Shown: positions 35,581-50,353 of the stretch, one piece after another | Numbering within the stretch: the stretch's first letter is position 1 | Layout of the letters: every line of letters starts with the position of its first letter | NCBI RefSeq assembly: GCF_964204865.1 | Contig: NC_135262.1 | Span: 15,128,001-15,192,000 of the forward strand | Direction of reading: 5' to 3' | Origin: Styela clava | Lineage: Eukaryota | DNA length: 64,000 bases | Notes under the pieces: model-generated | Database searches by the model: none | Seen by the model: the letters and a program-made list of their open reading frames with translations, nothing else | Told to the model about the DNA's origin: nothing | Translations under genes and position numbers: made by a program

Positions 35581-36769
35581 TAGGCTTGTCCATGGGACAT
35601 ATTTTTCTGTTCTATCCCATAGCAATTTATTTATGGCTATCCCATCCCGTGGGATTCCCATTGGAATACAATTTAATTTAAATCATTAAACGTATGAATT
35701 TTTAGGTTTAGTGTCTAATAAATATGACTACATGTACAAAACGACAAAATTTATTGGCTTTGTTAACTTTAAAATTCAGAAGTATTGTTAAACTATGACA
35801 ACTCAGTATCATCCTCGCACTCTTATTTAATTTCTGGGTCACTCTGCTCATTCAGCAAATTATCAATTTCCTGCTCATCGACTGTTTCTAATAATTTGGT
35901 TGATCCGGGTAATTCCTGAACTATTTCCTTAATTACTTATCGATCTTTATCTACGTCGTCGCGATGCGCAAGTTTCCTTCGTGAAATTTTCCACGCTATT
36001 GAGTCAGATCGAAGGATACACGCCGCGAGATCGTATCTCATTACTTATATTTACTCTTTAAAGTTTAAGCAATGTCCATATCCCTCTATCAGGTTCGGGG
36101 TTGCAGAATTTCTCACCAAAATATCGCTAGGCTGTGTCTGAATAGCCGTTGCAACCCGGGTTAGCGCCGTTGTATTTGACACAAAATATAGGATTGCAGA
36201 ATTCTTCATAAAAGTATTTCCTCGAGTAGTATTTCGACAACGACATGGGTAGTTGGCTATTGTTTCCTACATTTTTCATATTGGCTGAAAACTATTCAAA
36301 ATAATCCAGTTCGGGTTTGCAGAATTTTTTCGAATCAAAACCGCAGTTTCTGTTTTGGGGGATCCCCTAACTTTCGATCGATAAGCCTTCGGTCTCTCCC
36401 CGATATTCTCGTTTTCATGTTACATGCAAATCTGATGAACGAATAAGTATCACCTCTTCTGTGGCCCGATCGCAACGAAAAAGCGATTCTCGACTCTGTG
36501 TGTATACGCACTGTTGTGCTACCACGTTACCTCACTATCATGTTAACCGCGCCGATAAGGACATAATGTTAATTTTGTTGACGCACAAAAGGTAATCCTA
36601 TATAAAATTCTCTCAATTGTCCCACTTGTCCCATGAGTGCGCTTGTCCCACGTGTCCCGCTTGTCGCATGAGTACACTTGTCCCACGTGTCCAATGGGAA
36701 ATACAAATGTTTGCTGTCCCAACACATGGGACGTTTACCATGACAATCACATTCCCACGGACAAGCCTG
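35581..36769. mobile_element. non-autonomous TIR DNA transposon (~1.2 kb) with subterminal TGTCCCA/TCCCA repeats
   Basis: TAGGCTTGTCCATGGGA ... TTCCCACGGACAAGCCTG. The TSD is ambiguous (TGAA on both sides). Confidence 0.65.
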
Positions 36770-36903
36770 TGAATTTGTCTATTTTTACTGTTTTAAAAAT
36801 CATCTCCTGTCCTTCGTATAAGAGTTATACAGAGTAGTTTAATTTTCAAGGCATCTACTACAAAAAAACGGTTAAACGGTTGGAAGCTGCACATCAGTTT
36901 ACA

Positions 36904-39900
36904 ATGACTGGGGTAACGACCACAATCAATAATAATATAACAGAGTGAGTATCTAAAAGTGGTAAGATATTAAGGCTATAGAACCTGGGTCAACTGGCAA
37001 AACTATTCAACTATACGTGTATCATGTATACGAGTACTATTTTCCACGTCACCCAACGAAGAAATGCAAGCATGTTTTTGCCGGAGACAAAAATCAAACT
37101 TTAAAAATAGGCACAAATAACATCGAATGTGAGAATAAAACTGACTAATTCTTAATTGTTCAGTGCTAAAATAAACTTATATGATTGGTCATGGTTTTAT
37201 TTACACAGACACCAAAATTACAGTTTGTTATACGACAAACCATGATGTCAACTGAGCGCGAGGTCAGATTAAGCAGTAAATAAAATTCTATCTGATTTGT
37301 AATTGAGTTTATGAATTTATTGTGCAAGAAATGGATCGTTTTGAGAAATTGTTGCTGAAGTATTTTTTTGAGAAGACATCACTGTTATCCGATGCTAATG
37401 GACCAATTGATATTAAACATTCAACGATATTGAACAAAAGCATTTTTTCATTCCAATTTTTCTGATGTGTATGAGTCTTTTCAAGAACAATATAAGTTTA
37501 AGCTGAATATATTTGATTATACAGCAGAGAGGTGGTTCACCCATTCAGTAGAAATGGAGCAATCACATTAGCAGTATTCCTAATACCAATGGCAGTTTTC
37601 GGAATATTTGCAAACCTCGTCACCATAATCGTTATCACAAGATCGAAGAAACTTTCAGGGTGAGCTGAAAACTAATGAAATGTGTTAGTGAAACTTAATG
37701 ACCTGTGTATATCACAATGCATTTTTCTGTTTTAGTTCTGTGTTCAACCGTCTGATCGTCAGTCTTTGCGTTTCCGATTTATTGTCCGCAATCATCAGTC
37801 CTTTATCTTTGCATCGACGAGCATCAGGATACGATGACTGGATTATTCCAGAATTTTTTTGCAAAGTAAATGTTATAATTTTAACTGCAGTGTCAAAGAT
37901 TGCTAGACAAGTTTATTTTATCCAGCCAGTAGTAAAAATGATAGCAAACAAAATCACGAAAAATAATTGAACACACAGTAAGGCATCCTAATTATTCAGT
38001 TAACAGATTTTCGAAAATACGACTACTTTTTACCCCGATTTGACTCGGGATCCTGATTTCAGGATGAAGTAAAATTGGCATTGTCTCCATTTTCAACATA
38101 ACCAATTTGTATAGAAAAAACGTTCACGTTTGAAAGCAATTATAATGTTTTGTTTTTCAACCATTGGCTCCTACTGGAAACTCTAGAAGTCTGAAATTGG
38201 AGAATTTTGAAAATACGAGTCGGGTTATGACTTGCATTAGTGCATATGCTTAATACTTTTATATATACTCGCTAATCACTTGTTTTCATGTTCCAGGTAT
38301 TTTGGTCTGTAGACAACTGGACATCTTTTGTGACCTCTCTGCATATCCTAATATTTGCTGGCATTCGGATGGCATCAATAAAATCTCCAACGTATTATCA
38401 AAAAATTAAAATCAAACACGTTAAGGCAAGTTAGTGTATCATGAACACAACACATGTATTCTGCGTTTTGTGGTCCATATCTCTTTTTCGCATAACTTGA
38501 ACGGACTGGCTGATAAAGCAGTTTTGACGGAATGAATTTAAAAAAATGAAAGCAAACCCTGCAAATAAAAGTACAATTATATAGACGCGTAGTATGACAA
38601 CTTTACCTTATATTTGTGACCATATTTATGTAGAGATTGATTCTTTTATTTGAAATTCCGTAATGTACACCCGTTCTGAAACAATTTCATAGAATAAAAT
38701 ATGCTAAGTTTTTTATTATTATTTAGATTGGAGTGGCGATTATATGGTTTATTACTTTTGGATGTGGATTCATTCCGATGTGGCTTTGGTTCGGAGTGAA
38801 AGCTGCTGATCGACCAGTCAATGGTCACGGTACAAATTGGCCTGACTGTACACTATATTTTGTCAGGTACGTTTCATATTTTATGCGGCGTTGACCTTAC
38901 TTTTTTGAACCACATTTATGTGAAATAGAATATCTATTTCCGTTTTTTTATTTACCTTTCGCCCTTTCCCATCTCCATGAGACCGATTTTTGGATCAGAG
39001 ATTCGTACTCATCACTTTCTTGTATTGTGCAATGTCTGAGTTTTAAAATTAGGAAAATTAGGTCAGTTTTTATTTTTTTATTTACATTCCACAAAATAAT
39101 TAATTCTATGATTATTTACAGTATCGATGATTTCAAATTATACACTAAAATAGCGTACACAGTGTTTTACTATATTCCGATGGTGGCAATTTCTATACTA
39201 TCTCCAGCCATTGCGATATTCATTATAAATAAAAGAAGAGAAAGAGCCGAACGAAGAAATTCTGAAGGTCAGTAATAGTTATAAAATATTGCAGTTATTG
39301 TAATAATATAATAATATATTCACAGATGAATCGAAAATGGTTAAATTATATCATACATTATAGGCCCCGCGCCTGATTCAAAAAGAACTACAAGCGAATA
39401 TGAGAAAAAAAGTCAACGGAAAGAAAACAGTGCCATTCTTCAGCTTGGAGTAATTGTGGGATCTTTCATGCTCGGGTATATACCTAGCTCAGGTATGAAA
39501 ACTCCCAGTAGAGTGAACCTCGCCATATCTTTTTATTCATTTCAAGTCCGTTTCTATTTTTTTTTTAATATTTTAGCTTACTATTTATACGCGACTGCTG
39601 CGCCTCAATCAACACTGCAAGAACAAATCTTTCATTGGAATTTTGGGTCTGTTTCTTACATATTACTCAGATTATCGGAATGTCTCAACCCAATATTTTA
39701 CAATGCTGCATCCAGGTAATTGCGACAATCATATCATATATCATGCTATTGCAATATAGATATCTACCTGATTAATATCTAGTAAGTTCATGCATGATAT
39801 CCATTACTATGGGCTCATAGATTAAAAAGTGAAATTTTCATTTGGAACATTAGCCATTGCCTTCAAATGGTAAATGTCAGCAATCGATTCGTATGTTTGG

Positions 39901-40257
39901 ATTACGGGAACTGCTTGTTAGTAATTTTTTTCATCCGAAAATCAAGTCATGACAGAAATCCCTTTTCAAAAATGTGAAAATAATCGTTAAGATAATAATA
40001 ATGAAATATCCCATTTTTGTGATGTAAAAAGCATTGTACACGTGAACACGCGATGTTTTTAAAAATTAGACGTACATGTTTATGAATTTAATAAAATTAA
40101 AAACTTCAAATTCAGTAAAATGAGGAAAGAAACAATAACATTCCTGAAGACGTTGTTGAAATGCTGTATGCCAGGAGGTTGCAGACCAAGAACGTCAGCT
40201 ACAGTTGACGTAACATCAAGTACATCCAACATCAGAACCCAGGAAATTGAACTTTAA
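36904..40257 (+). CDS. class A orphan GPCR, copy 2, 9 coding exons
   Basis: Exons 36904-36944, 37528-37659, 37736-37865, 38297-38425 (GC donor), 38727-38866, 39122-39267, 39364-39492, 39577-39715, 40116-40257. Same phases and motifs as copy 1. Confidence 0.88.
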
Positions 40258-43200
40258 CCCTATGCCACACTGCATGTTGCTTAACAAATGTGTGCTAATA
40301 CACTTTTAGAAATAATTCATGCACGAACACTATTAACTGACAATTGTTTCCAATTTCTTATTACATAGTTAGTATGCAGTTAAAAGAGGAGCTATACTGC
40401 TTCATAACCTATTTTGGTTTAAAAACTTCAGATAGACCATAAGTAATGGCAATTTAACTGAGACACACAAAAGAATAGAAATATTTCATAAATCTATATT
40501 TCGGAACTTGAAATTTTGAAAGCCAAGTCAAAAGTTTAAGTCATAACTTTCCTGGCTAATTTCATTTCAGAGTTTTATAAACCGACCTCAGTTTGCCATA
40601 AAGACTGTTTGAAAAAGCTTTGACAGTGATATCTAATGCATAAAAGTCATTGAAACAGATCCTTTATTCAGTACAAAAAATTGAAGCCTATTGTGAGATG
40701 ATAATATGCGAAGCTGCACAAAATTATATTTGACCTTTCTTATACTAGCCACTTTGTGTGCATTTATAAGCGTATCAACAGCTTGGCTCAAAGAATGTTA
40801 TAATTATGCAAATAAATAAAACTGTCGCCATTGTTGAAAATGAACATTGTATTAACGTAAATATGATAAATATTTTGTGTTATATTATTTTAAACGCGCA
40901 TATACGGCTGCATACAAAAAAATTTGTACTTATGTAACGAAACTTATAACCTATGTTGTAGATGATAATTGAATCTTATTCATCACGCGTTGCAGTTCCC
41001 AACATTGTGTCCAAAAAATCTCATCGATTTAGTTTGTTGCAAACAAAGACAGACGAAATGTCTTGAAGATTTGGATTCTGAGAAGTCTCCCTGTATACAT
41101 TGCATATATAAAGCAATTCCGGCTGTATATTTTCATCTTCAACTCTTAGTTTCTGAACTGGGTATAATATTGTTGTTGTTTCATGTTTTTTGTATGACAC
41201 AACGGAGTGACAATAGATGCCATACCTATGTAAACAAAAGACCAATGCTCAAATATATGACTAACCGCAATACATCGGTATCCTATGCGGCCCACACGGA
41301 AATCTGTTATTTGAGGTGAAATGTATACATGGATGGTTTTACTGGGTTGTTGTTATTGGTAATAAAACGCCTTTCCCGACACTTATGGACGCACATTTTC
41401 AAATTTTCAGTACTTATGGATGATTGAAACCTCCAGAAGGCTATTAGCTACACAATCTAACCGAAATTGCGCCACCGCGTGGCATACGTCAGACCAGCCG
41501 TCGCGAATGACTGCGTCGGTGAGACTTGGCCAGTGTGAGTCACATAGGCTCCCGGTGCTGCAGTTGAAACCTTATGAACATATATCTGTGCATTGCTCTC
41601 TTCTCTGCTATATTACTATATATGCGTTCGAACTTTTATACGAGTATACGTGTGTTGAGTATTACCTGTGAATACTATTATTTTTGTGTATATGGTATTT
41701 GTCTCTTTGTGGTTACTATGTTTAGGGTATCATTGAAAATTCCTCTGTTTACAATTTTCGCTACATTTACTAAAAAGTTATTTATTGTGTATCGTACTAT
41801 TCACTATATATATACTATACCAAATTGTTTTATTAAATTCCAAATTCGGTATTTGTCCTGTAAATTATATTCCATTGATATCACATAAACACTTTATTTC
41901 CTATATATATGTATATTGAAGAAACACCATGGCCAAATATTATTGTGTATTACTGTTACCTCTTCACAGTTACCTCGTAGATGGCTCTCATTGGCGTAAA
42001 TAGAGATTTCAACAATAATAGGCATGGGAATTTACTATTTTCTAACGTTTATAAATTCTCAAATGAGAATTGTATATGTTGATATAAAATGCTACATCCT
42101 ATTTTCTATGTTGAAACCAAACTTGCATTTGTATTGTCAATCCAATACAAAGAAATTAGATGGCTTTAATTAGCCCGAATAGAGATTCAATTTTTGAAAT
42201 TCAGTGAACAAATCATTATGTATAGTGATTTGCATTTGAATTTCTATTTAAGTATTGTTTCTAAATGTATATCAGTGCTTCAAATCATTCTATATATACT
42301 GTTTATAGCTTCGTTATTTCACGGTATTCATTAAACGTGTAGTTCTTTCTGAATTTTGTTAAATTTGAAAACTTTTGTTTTCATGTCTATTTTAAAACTG
42401 TAACTGATATAAATAAAACGAAACAAAAACGATAAAAATATCACCTTCTGGCAAAGCTGTTCCGTCCTATCAAAAATAGAATTCGGAAGTGGCAAAAATA
42501 GTTCAGTGGCATTAGTCTTTTTACGGGTTGTTAAACTTATCCTTCAACTAAGCGAAACAAAACCCGGGAAGTCTAAAAACGTAATGGCCTACATGTAAAA
42601 TTAATGTACGTGTTAACATTCCTACACCACCTAAGTAAAATTAATTCAATTTTTACCTGTTTGCGTTGGCACACATATTTCACATAAAATATATCTAAAA
42701 TGAATGAATTTCGAATAATCGTATCGGTTTAAACAAATGTCTTTCCTAAAATAAGAAGCTCAGAAGATATCATAACTTTAACTAGTGCTGTTGGTAAATT
42801 CAAGCCGTCGTGAATTCAACGTTCGTGAACTTCAGCATCTGATATTTACGACTGTAGGAAGGTAGAAAAGACAAGTAGGCATTCCAAAGACCACTGGCGC
42901 GATATTCATTACTTCAACGTGTATGCATATGCAGGGTGACCTCCTAAAAATGAGCTCTTTAATCAAATTTTCAAACTATGCCTATACTAACGTCTGTTTT
43001 CGTATGATTTTATCCAAAAAAGGGAATCTAGGACGTTTTGCACAGAAGTTAGGTTCTCTCTAGAATATGTTCCAAATGCCCTCCTAGGCGTTGGAAAGGG
43101 ACTTACCAAAGGGACTATCAGTTACGCAATAATTTCCAATCACTCGCACACCATCCTCTGTGACTTTCTCTGATAATTGCTGCCTTGAGTTTACCAATTG

Positions 43201-44579
43201 TTTGAAGATTGTTCTGATACACATCGTGTTTTGAATGCACTTACAGATAAAAATGTGAAGGTTCAAGTCCAATGAATAAGGTGCCCGCTCGAAGTTACTA
43301 CTGACTGCTAATCATTCTTTCCTGAAATCGCTCTCTCAGTCATGCAGTCAAGGCTGTGATTTGATGTGTGGAGGGTTGCCTCTACATGTCGGAACCCATG
43401 GTCATCTATATCACTCCCTCTACATCGTCGAATACTGTAGATATCCAGAACTTCCTCAGGACTTCGTTTATTCATCGTTTGCGCTCTTTCATTTTTGTCT
43501 TCAAACCAATACTTATGTCTACCCTTTCATTATGCAATGTTTGCCTACGTTAAGTAAAATAAACAATTTTCGACCGCCTTCCTATTTGGATTTCTTGCAT
43601 ATTACTTGATGATCCACGACCATTTATTTTCAATTTTTGACAGCCCTAGTTATAATATTAGACTCAAAAAGCTTAATAATATTTGTACATCTAATACAGA
43701 TAGCTTACATCGAAGATTTTTCGGGCAACTATCGCAGGAGAATTAAATCAAGTGATATTACTCTTGTTAATATAATTTTACACAGTACAAAATATTGCCA
43801 AAAGGCGCAGGAAAACAAGCATAATCTTAATTCATGAATAAATCTCTCGCGTCATTTACTCAGAGTTCAATACTCCTGTTTATTGAAATAAAAGTCATAC
43901 ACCTCGAAATCATTATGCAAATACTAAATAGCAGGAAGTGTGTCTAATTAAACCAACGATTCATTCAAACGTGCAGTCTATTATCAAACGCACGCATAAA
44001 ATCCTCACGTTATGAATATCAACTCCTGTATACGATACTTCATTTGAATACGGAAGTATGGGAGTACAAATAGAACTGCTTAAATTAACTGAAGTAAGAT
44101 AAGACGTAAATAACGGTTTGATTCGTGGGTTTTCAGCGTTAGGGTAAATTTACTAAGGTAACTAATTGTTGTAATGAATATATCCCGTATGTCTTCACTT
44201 GAACGCCAATGCATTATATGTGACTATATTTCATCCCAAACCATACTTTGACGAAGTTATCAATTATACGTGAAGGCTACTGTATAGGTTTCCTAGAGCA
44301 AATTTCCGGGCAATTTTTTGATAATCTTCACGATCAAATATCCGCAATCAAACCATAAAATGAAGATTGCTGCGGGTATCATTATATAACCGATGGTGGC
44401 CTGAAAACGAGGTACAACTGTCGTTCAGCTCAGGTAAACGAGAATATACTGCAATACACACAAAAAATAGCAAAAACAATGTATTATACTTAGATTGATA
44501 TATTTAAACGGAATATTCAATCCGTATTGGAGATGCCAAATATGTATGAAACTCGATCAAAAGTTTTAATCGTGTACAA

Positions 44580-45052
44580 CAGCGGTTCCCAAACTTTTTG
44601 TTCGAGCGGTGCCACATTATCATGTAAAACCTCCCGGCGGACTTTATAAATATGACTCAATTTTGGGCTCGTTAATATGTACAATATGCCTTTTGAAGTT
44701 TGTACAAATGTAGACCTAAAGAATAAAGGCAAAAATCTGCTACCTTGTCTCTACCTGATTTTTGTTTGAAATGCTAAAAAAATCACTCGTGTTCGCTCAA
44801 CTCGGTTCAGCAGATAAATAAACCGCAGCTCGCGAAATTGCAGCAAGTAACACCACGTAACAAAAAGTAAATGACATAGAAGGGTAAAATGAATTTATTG
44901 TTTCATATACACAGCATTTAAAATAAGAAATCATAAAACATTCATAATGATTACAATGTGCAAAATATTCAATCATATATTAGTTATGTTTAACACAATT
45001 CTTATAATTTTTGCGGCGCACTTGGTTGAGGCGCCCACTTTGAGAGCCGATG
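44580..45052. mobile_element. hAT (Charlie-like) non-autonomous element
   Basis: CAGCGGTTCCCAAA...TTTGAGAGCCGATG with perfect 8-bp TSD GTGTACAA at 44572-44579 and 45053-45060. Confidence 0.85.
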
Positions 45053-45427
45053 GTGTACAACATATACATGGAAATGATGACACGTCGTGGTCATGTCGTT
45101 GTTATTATTGTTAAGACAAAGCTTCGCTTTTTTTTGCGACTAATCCACCAGTCAATTTTAATTTTTACAAATGGAAGTAGTTGTTCGAAAGCTATTACTT
45201 TATCTATATAATAGCGTTATTGTCTTGATTTCTATGGTACGCTATGTCCTGACTCATGAATTTGTTTGGTTACATCTCATTGTTTCAGAAATCATCTTCT
45301 GCCATTTGTAGGAAAATTATATGATGTAGTCGTTGTGACGAACATTTCATATATTCAAGCCATCAGTCATAGGAAGTGGTGATGCTTGGAAGCTTGTTAT
45401 CAGAATAATACAATTGGAGAAACCCCA

Positions 45428-48400
45428 ATGGATAATATTACAACAAAGTGAGTATCGAGTATTTTGAGCTATATAAATTGGTAGTGCTTTACTAAGTGAG
45501 CCTGGAGTAGCCTACATTCGTACTTGCTGTTTGTAAACGATATTTTGTCTACGTTCACGTATCAATGCTTGCAAACAAGTTTTTTCAATCCCACTCTGTG
45601 AGCGCCTATTCTTAAATGTGGGTTAATAACGCAAAATTGTTGTGGCCGATTTGATGCTATATAATTTTTAAGATTTTTGGTGTTTATCACTTACATTAAG
45701 TGGACTTCGTTTGCAAGACTCGAACTTTTATAAGTCCACACTGCAAAAATCGACTGATACTTATTATCTGTACATCAGGCTAGCTTATTTTGAACCGTAT
45801 GCTAGTTTTTTGGCGATTATTTGACCAACGCTGCAGTATGTTTAAACATATATACTCGTATATATACCAATATCTTCAAATAATATTGTTGCATCATTAG
45901 AAATGACTGTAATCTTAGTAATCTGGGTACTCTCGTAGTATGTGAACCAAGGTGGCAGACACCGGAACGTAGTGTACCAGGTCGGGCCATAATTTTATTC
46001 CGATTTTCCTTATTTTATTTCTATTACGAGTTCGGGGACTAGCCAAGTGACGCCCGTAGTATTTGTACCTGAAATTATGGCCTAACCTGGTACATATACT
46101 ACGTTCCGGTGTCCGCCATCTTAGTTCACATACTACGGGAGTACCACAATCTGAGGTTAAACTACACCCAATCAATGGGTTGACCTTTTTGCTTTATCAT
46201 ATTTTCAGTGAAATATCGCATGCTAGATTAGTCCCTTTTTCTCAAGTTATTTAGATTTTATACTTTTTGTGTCTTTGCCCATTTTTTTGGTTCTGTAATC
46301 AGTCCTTTTGCCTCATTGCCGATGTATAGACTATATTAAAATCAGCATATATATGTGCTGTGGTAATCATATTCCAATGCCTGGTTGATGTGTAGTTTGT
46401 GGTTACCATAAAATCCACACGCATGGTTTGTCCTTACAGGAATTCCCTAAACATGACTCAAGAAGTAAACTGTGGATAAAATTTTTACTACTAACCCGTT
46501 CTGATTTACCCATGGAACTCGCAGAAGAACTCTATCTTGAAAGGATCATTTCAACCTAACAAATCACATTGAAGTCCGTACATACGCATAGTAGGCCCAT
46601 ACTGCTTTAAACAACAATACTTGACGCAATTCACCAAATCGATTTTTTTTTATAAATTTTCCATGTTCTGGTTCATGACGATTTATCAAGCGATTTTTGT
46701 TTTATTCTATATGTTCGATGCCTCGTGTTATAAATATTACATTGGGCTTAAAATGACTCCATTTGGGCTTAAAATTCACTCCAAACAAAGCTCTATATAT
46801 ATGAGATATGAGTTCTCAGTACTACGGCATTAATGGCCGTTTCCGAACTGCGGTCGATTTATGTTGATGCCGTTGTTATAAATTCACATGTTTAAAGTCG
46901 ACTCTATGTAAATAGTAATCTTCAAAAATTCTGGAAAAAAATATATATAGAATCAAATTCATCAAAATAAATAAACCCACTTTTAAACCGAACTCCTGCG
47001 TGTGCAATAATTCATGTGTACGTCAAGTCATACAACCTACATTTGACGATAAGATAATATCGAACAATTTAGACTTTAGAACGTCTGTTGCAGTGCTATA
47101 CATAACCGAAAAAAAAAATAAACTTATAACATAGTCATGAATAACATTAAATTTGACAAAACAAATTGACGGGCACTATATCATTGGTTGTGATGTCTAT
47201 GGTTTAGAAACTTCAACTAAAAGAATAAACACATACAATTTGGAAAAAATATTTATGACGTATGGATCATAACTTGATACTCAATGTATGAATAATAAAT
47301 ACACAACAATGGTCCTAAAATGACAGGTTTCAATTTTACATTGGTTTTTGAAATAGGTGAATTCAACATAAACACAATTTGAAAAAACATTTCTGTCATG
47401 ATTAGCACGGACGACAATCTTTTGTTCCGCCGCGAACGATTTTTTTGATTTTTAACAGCTGAATTGTGTTGCGATTAGGAAGCGTTTTCGAATTCTACTT
47501 TATTCTGAAGGACAATAAAGCAGATTTTGTCTCTTGCAGAGATGTGGTTCACCCATTTAGCAGAATTGGAGCAATCGTATCAGCTGTATTCCTAATACCA
47601 ATGGCAGTTTTTGGGATAATTGCAAACCTCGTCACCATAATCGTAATCACAAAGTCAAAGAAACTTTCACGGTGAGATTCAAACTAAGAAAATTTATTAA
47701 TGAAACATAAGGCCAAATGCATTTTTATGCTTTAGTTCCGTGTTCAATCGTCTGATCGTCAGTCTCTGCGTTTCTGATTTATTCTCTGCAATCATCAGTC
47801 CTCTATCTCTGCATCGCCGAACATCTGGATACGACAACTGGATTCTCCCTGAATTCTTCTGCAAAGTAAATATTATAATTGCAACACTTGTGTCAAACTG
47901 TTTTGTTGTTTCTCGTGTATTTAGGAATACGGGGAGACAACAGACGCTTTTGTTTAACTGTTTCTTAAATTTAACACGATATTATTTATCAATAAATCGA
48001 CATAAATTCACTTTTATATTGGAGCTTGATATTTCTTCTTTTTAAAAATCTTCCGTCTCTTCTTGAAATCACGACTGCATAGTCGGTCTCTAGCTTCGAA
48101 TCAGCAAAATTCTACACTGAGAAATAAAAACACTTTTATTTTTTTTTTCAATTTAGACTGATTTCAGACGTTTGAAAAGTTTGTATTAGTGCATATATAT
48201 AAGATATTAATATTAGATTTCAATATTTGTGAATTGCACGATTTCTTATTTTTATTTTTTAGGTATTTTGGTCTGTAGATAATTGGACATCTTTTGTTAC
48301 CTCCCTGCATATACTAATATTTGCTGGCATTCGGATGGCATCCATAAAATCTTCAACGTATTATCAAAAAATTACAATCAAACACGTTAAGGCAAGTCAT

Positions 48401-50353
48401 TCTATCATGTACATAGCACATGCATTTTAATTGTTCGTATAGCGATCATCACCCTGTTTTGGGAAAAACCTTAGCAGAAATTTATATACACTTCAAGTTA
48501 CCTACCCCAAAGAAAGGTGATATTAATTAGACAAAACAGTGTTGTAGATAGGTCCACTTGCAAGGTGTACTTGTCAGGGGATTAATGTGGTGCGCTCAAA
48601 CGACAAGTATCAATTTTTTTTTCAAAATTTCATGTGCCCGCTTTCCTTTTCCAATAGGTTTTAAAACTTGTTTTTCTTTTTTCTTTCCATGAGCCTGTCT
48701 TTACTTCTGTATAAACGTTTCAGAATTTTTTAAAACGGCGAAATCGGATGGCGCCTAAATGCCGGTGTCCTAGAGGCGAAAGAGAAAACGAAGTGCCCAA
48801 TGGTCCCATTCCGCGGAAAATGCTTAATGATAATAATGTAATTAAATAAATGTTTGTTTTTGTTGTATTTCAGATTATGGTGACTGTTATTTGGCTTAGT
48901 ACTTTTGGAAGTGGATTTATTCCCTTGTGGCTTTGGTTTGGAGTGAAATATCCTGATCGACCAGCTAACGCACACGGTACGAATTGGCCAGACTGTACAC
49001 TGCATTTTGTCAAGTACGTTTTAGTGTTTTCTGCGTCCTTGGCCCCGCCATTTTGCACTACATTTCATGTGAAGTATGAACTCATTTTTCCCGATGTTTG
49101 TTTGGTTGGGTGTGAAAACTGCTGATCGTGAACATTGCTGAAAATTTTCGAAAAAAAAGGTTAAATTAATGTTCATTTACAGTATTGGCGAATTCAAGTT
49201 ATACGTCAAAATAGCGTTCACAGTGTTTTATTATATTCCTATGGTGGCAATTTCTATTCTATCTCCGGCTATTGCAATATTCATTATAAGGAAAAGGAGA
49301 CAAAGAGCCCAAAGAAGGAACCCTCAAGGTTGGTTATTACAGTTATTGTAACAGTTCTCGGAAAAAAGTAAATTAATAATCCACGAGTTTGCTATGAAAA
49401 ATATTCGATTTAGATATGAATCAAAAATGATAATAATGATAATTCAACTCCAGGTACAATACCAAATTCAAGAAGAAACGCTAGCGAATATGAGAGAAAA
49501 AAACGCCGAAAGGAAAACAGTGCGATTATTCAGCTTGGTGTAATTGTGGGTTCTTTCATGCTTGGTTATATACCCAACTCAGGTATGGAAGTTGAATCAT
49601 TAAAATTGTTTTAGAGATCTCTGACCCACACCATATTTAGATTGGTGTATCATTCTTTCTCCAATTGTTTCTCGTTATTTCAGTTTACTCATTATACGCG
49701 ACTGCTGCACCACAATCAACACTGCAAGAACAAATCTTCCATTGGCATTTTGGGTCTGTTTCTTATATTTTACTTCGATTATCGGAATGTCTCAACCCAA
49801 TATTTTACAATGTTGCATCCAGGTAATTGTCTCTAAGATGTATTCAGTATAACTTCCATATTTGAAATCATATTAAATATTATAATGGTTATAGAAAAAT
49901 AGATGATAGCGAATTGTTAGGCAAATATATTCGGGCTTCATAGTATCAGTTTCATTGTATGCCGAAACTAATCAAGTAAAATGTGAGAAGAAATGGATTT
50001 TGAAATGGTTATGCTGGAAACTACTATTCGTTAGCTTGCTACATCAAAAATGCTGTCAATAATATTGATTTGGGGCAAAATATTCTCTGTTGATAATTGT
50101 TAAGATAATATTGAAATATCATATTGTGATGCAAACAAAGCATCATACACAATCGTTCATTAATTAAGTTATTCTGAATACAATTTCCAAATTCAGTAAA
50201 ATGAGAAAGGAAACAATATTGTTCCTGAAGACGTTGATGATATGCTGTTTACCAAGATGTTGCAAACCAATAACGATAGATACGGTTGGCATAACAACAA
50301 ACTCATCTACATCAAACGCATCAAGGAACAGAACCCGAGATATTGAACTATAA
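45428..50353 (+). CDS. class A orphan GPCR, copy 3, 9 coding exons (first exon less certain)
   Basis: Exons 45428-45447 (MDNITT), 47540-47671, 47736-47865, 48263-48391 (GC donor), 48874-49013, 49183-49328, 49454-49582, 49684-49822, 50197-50353. Closest to copy 2. Confidence 0.85.
45926..46145. mobile_element. palindromic MITE (GGTAC...GTACC TIRs) in intron 1 of GPCR copy 3
   Basis: ~70-bp TIRs GGTACTC.CGTAGTATGTGAAC. Flanks GTAATCTG/ACAATCTG (6 of 8 match). Confidence 0.85.

Noticed and set aside
37242-37275. Alternative first coding exon for GPCR copy 2 (ATGATGTCAACTGAG...)
   Set aside because: Its donor sites give the wrong phase for the next exon. 36904-36944 has the right phase and resembles copy 1 (MT...NIT).
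37736-47865. Homologous exons of GPCR copies 2 and 3 exactly 10,000 bp apart
   Set aside because: The other exon pairs have different offsets, so this is a numerical coincidence.
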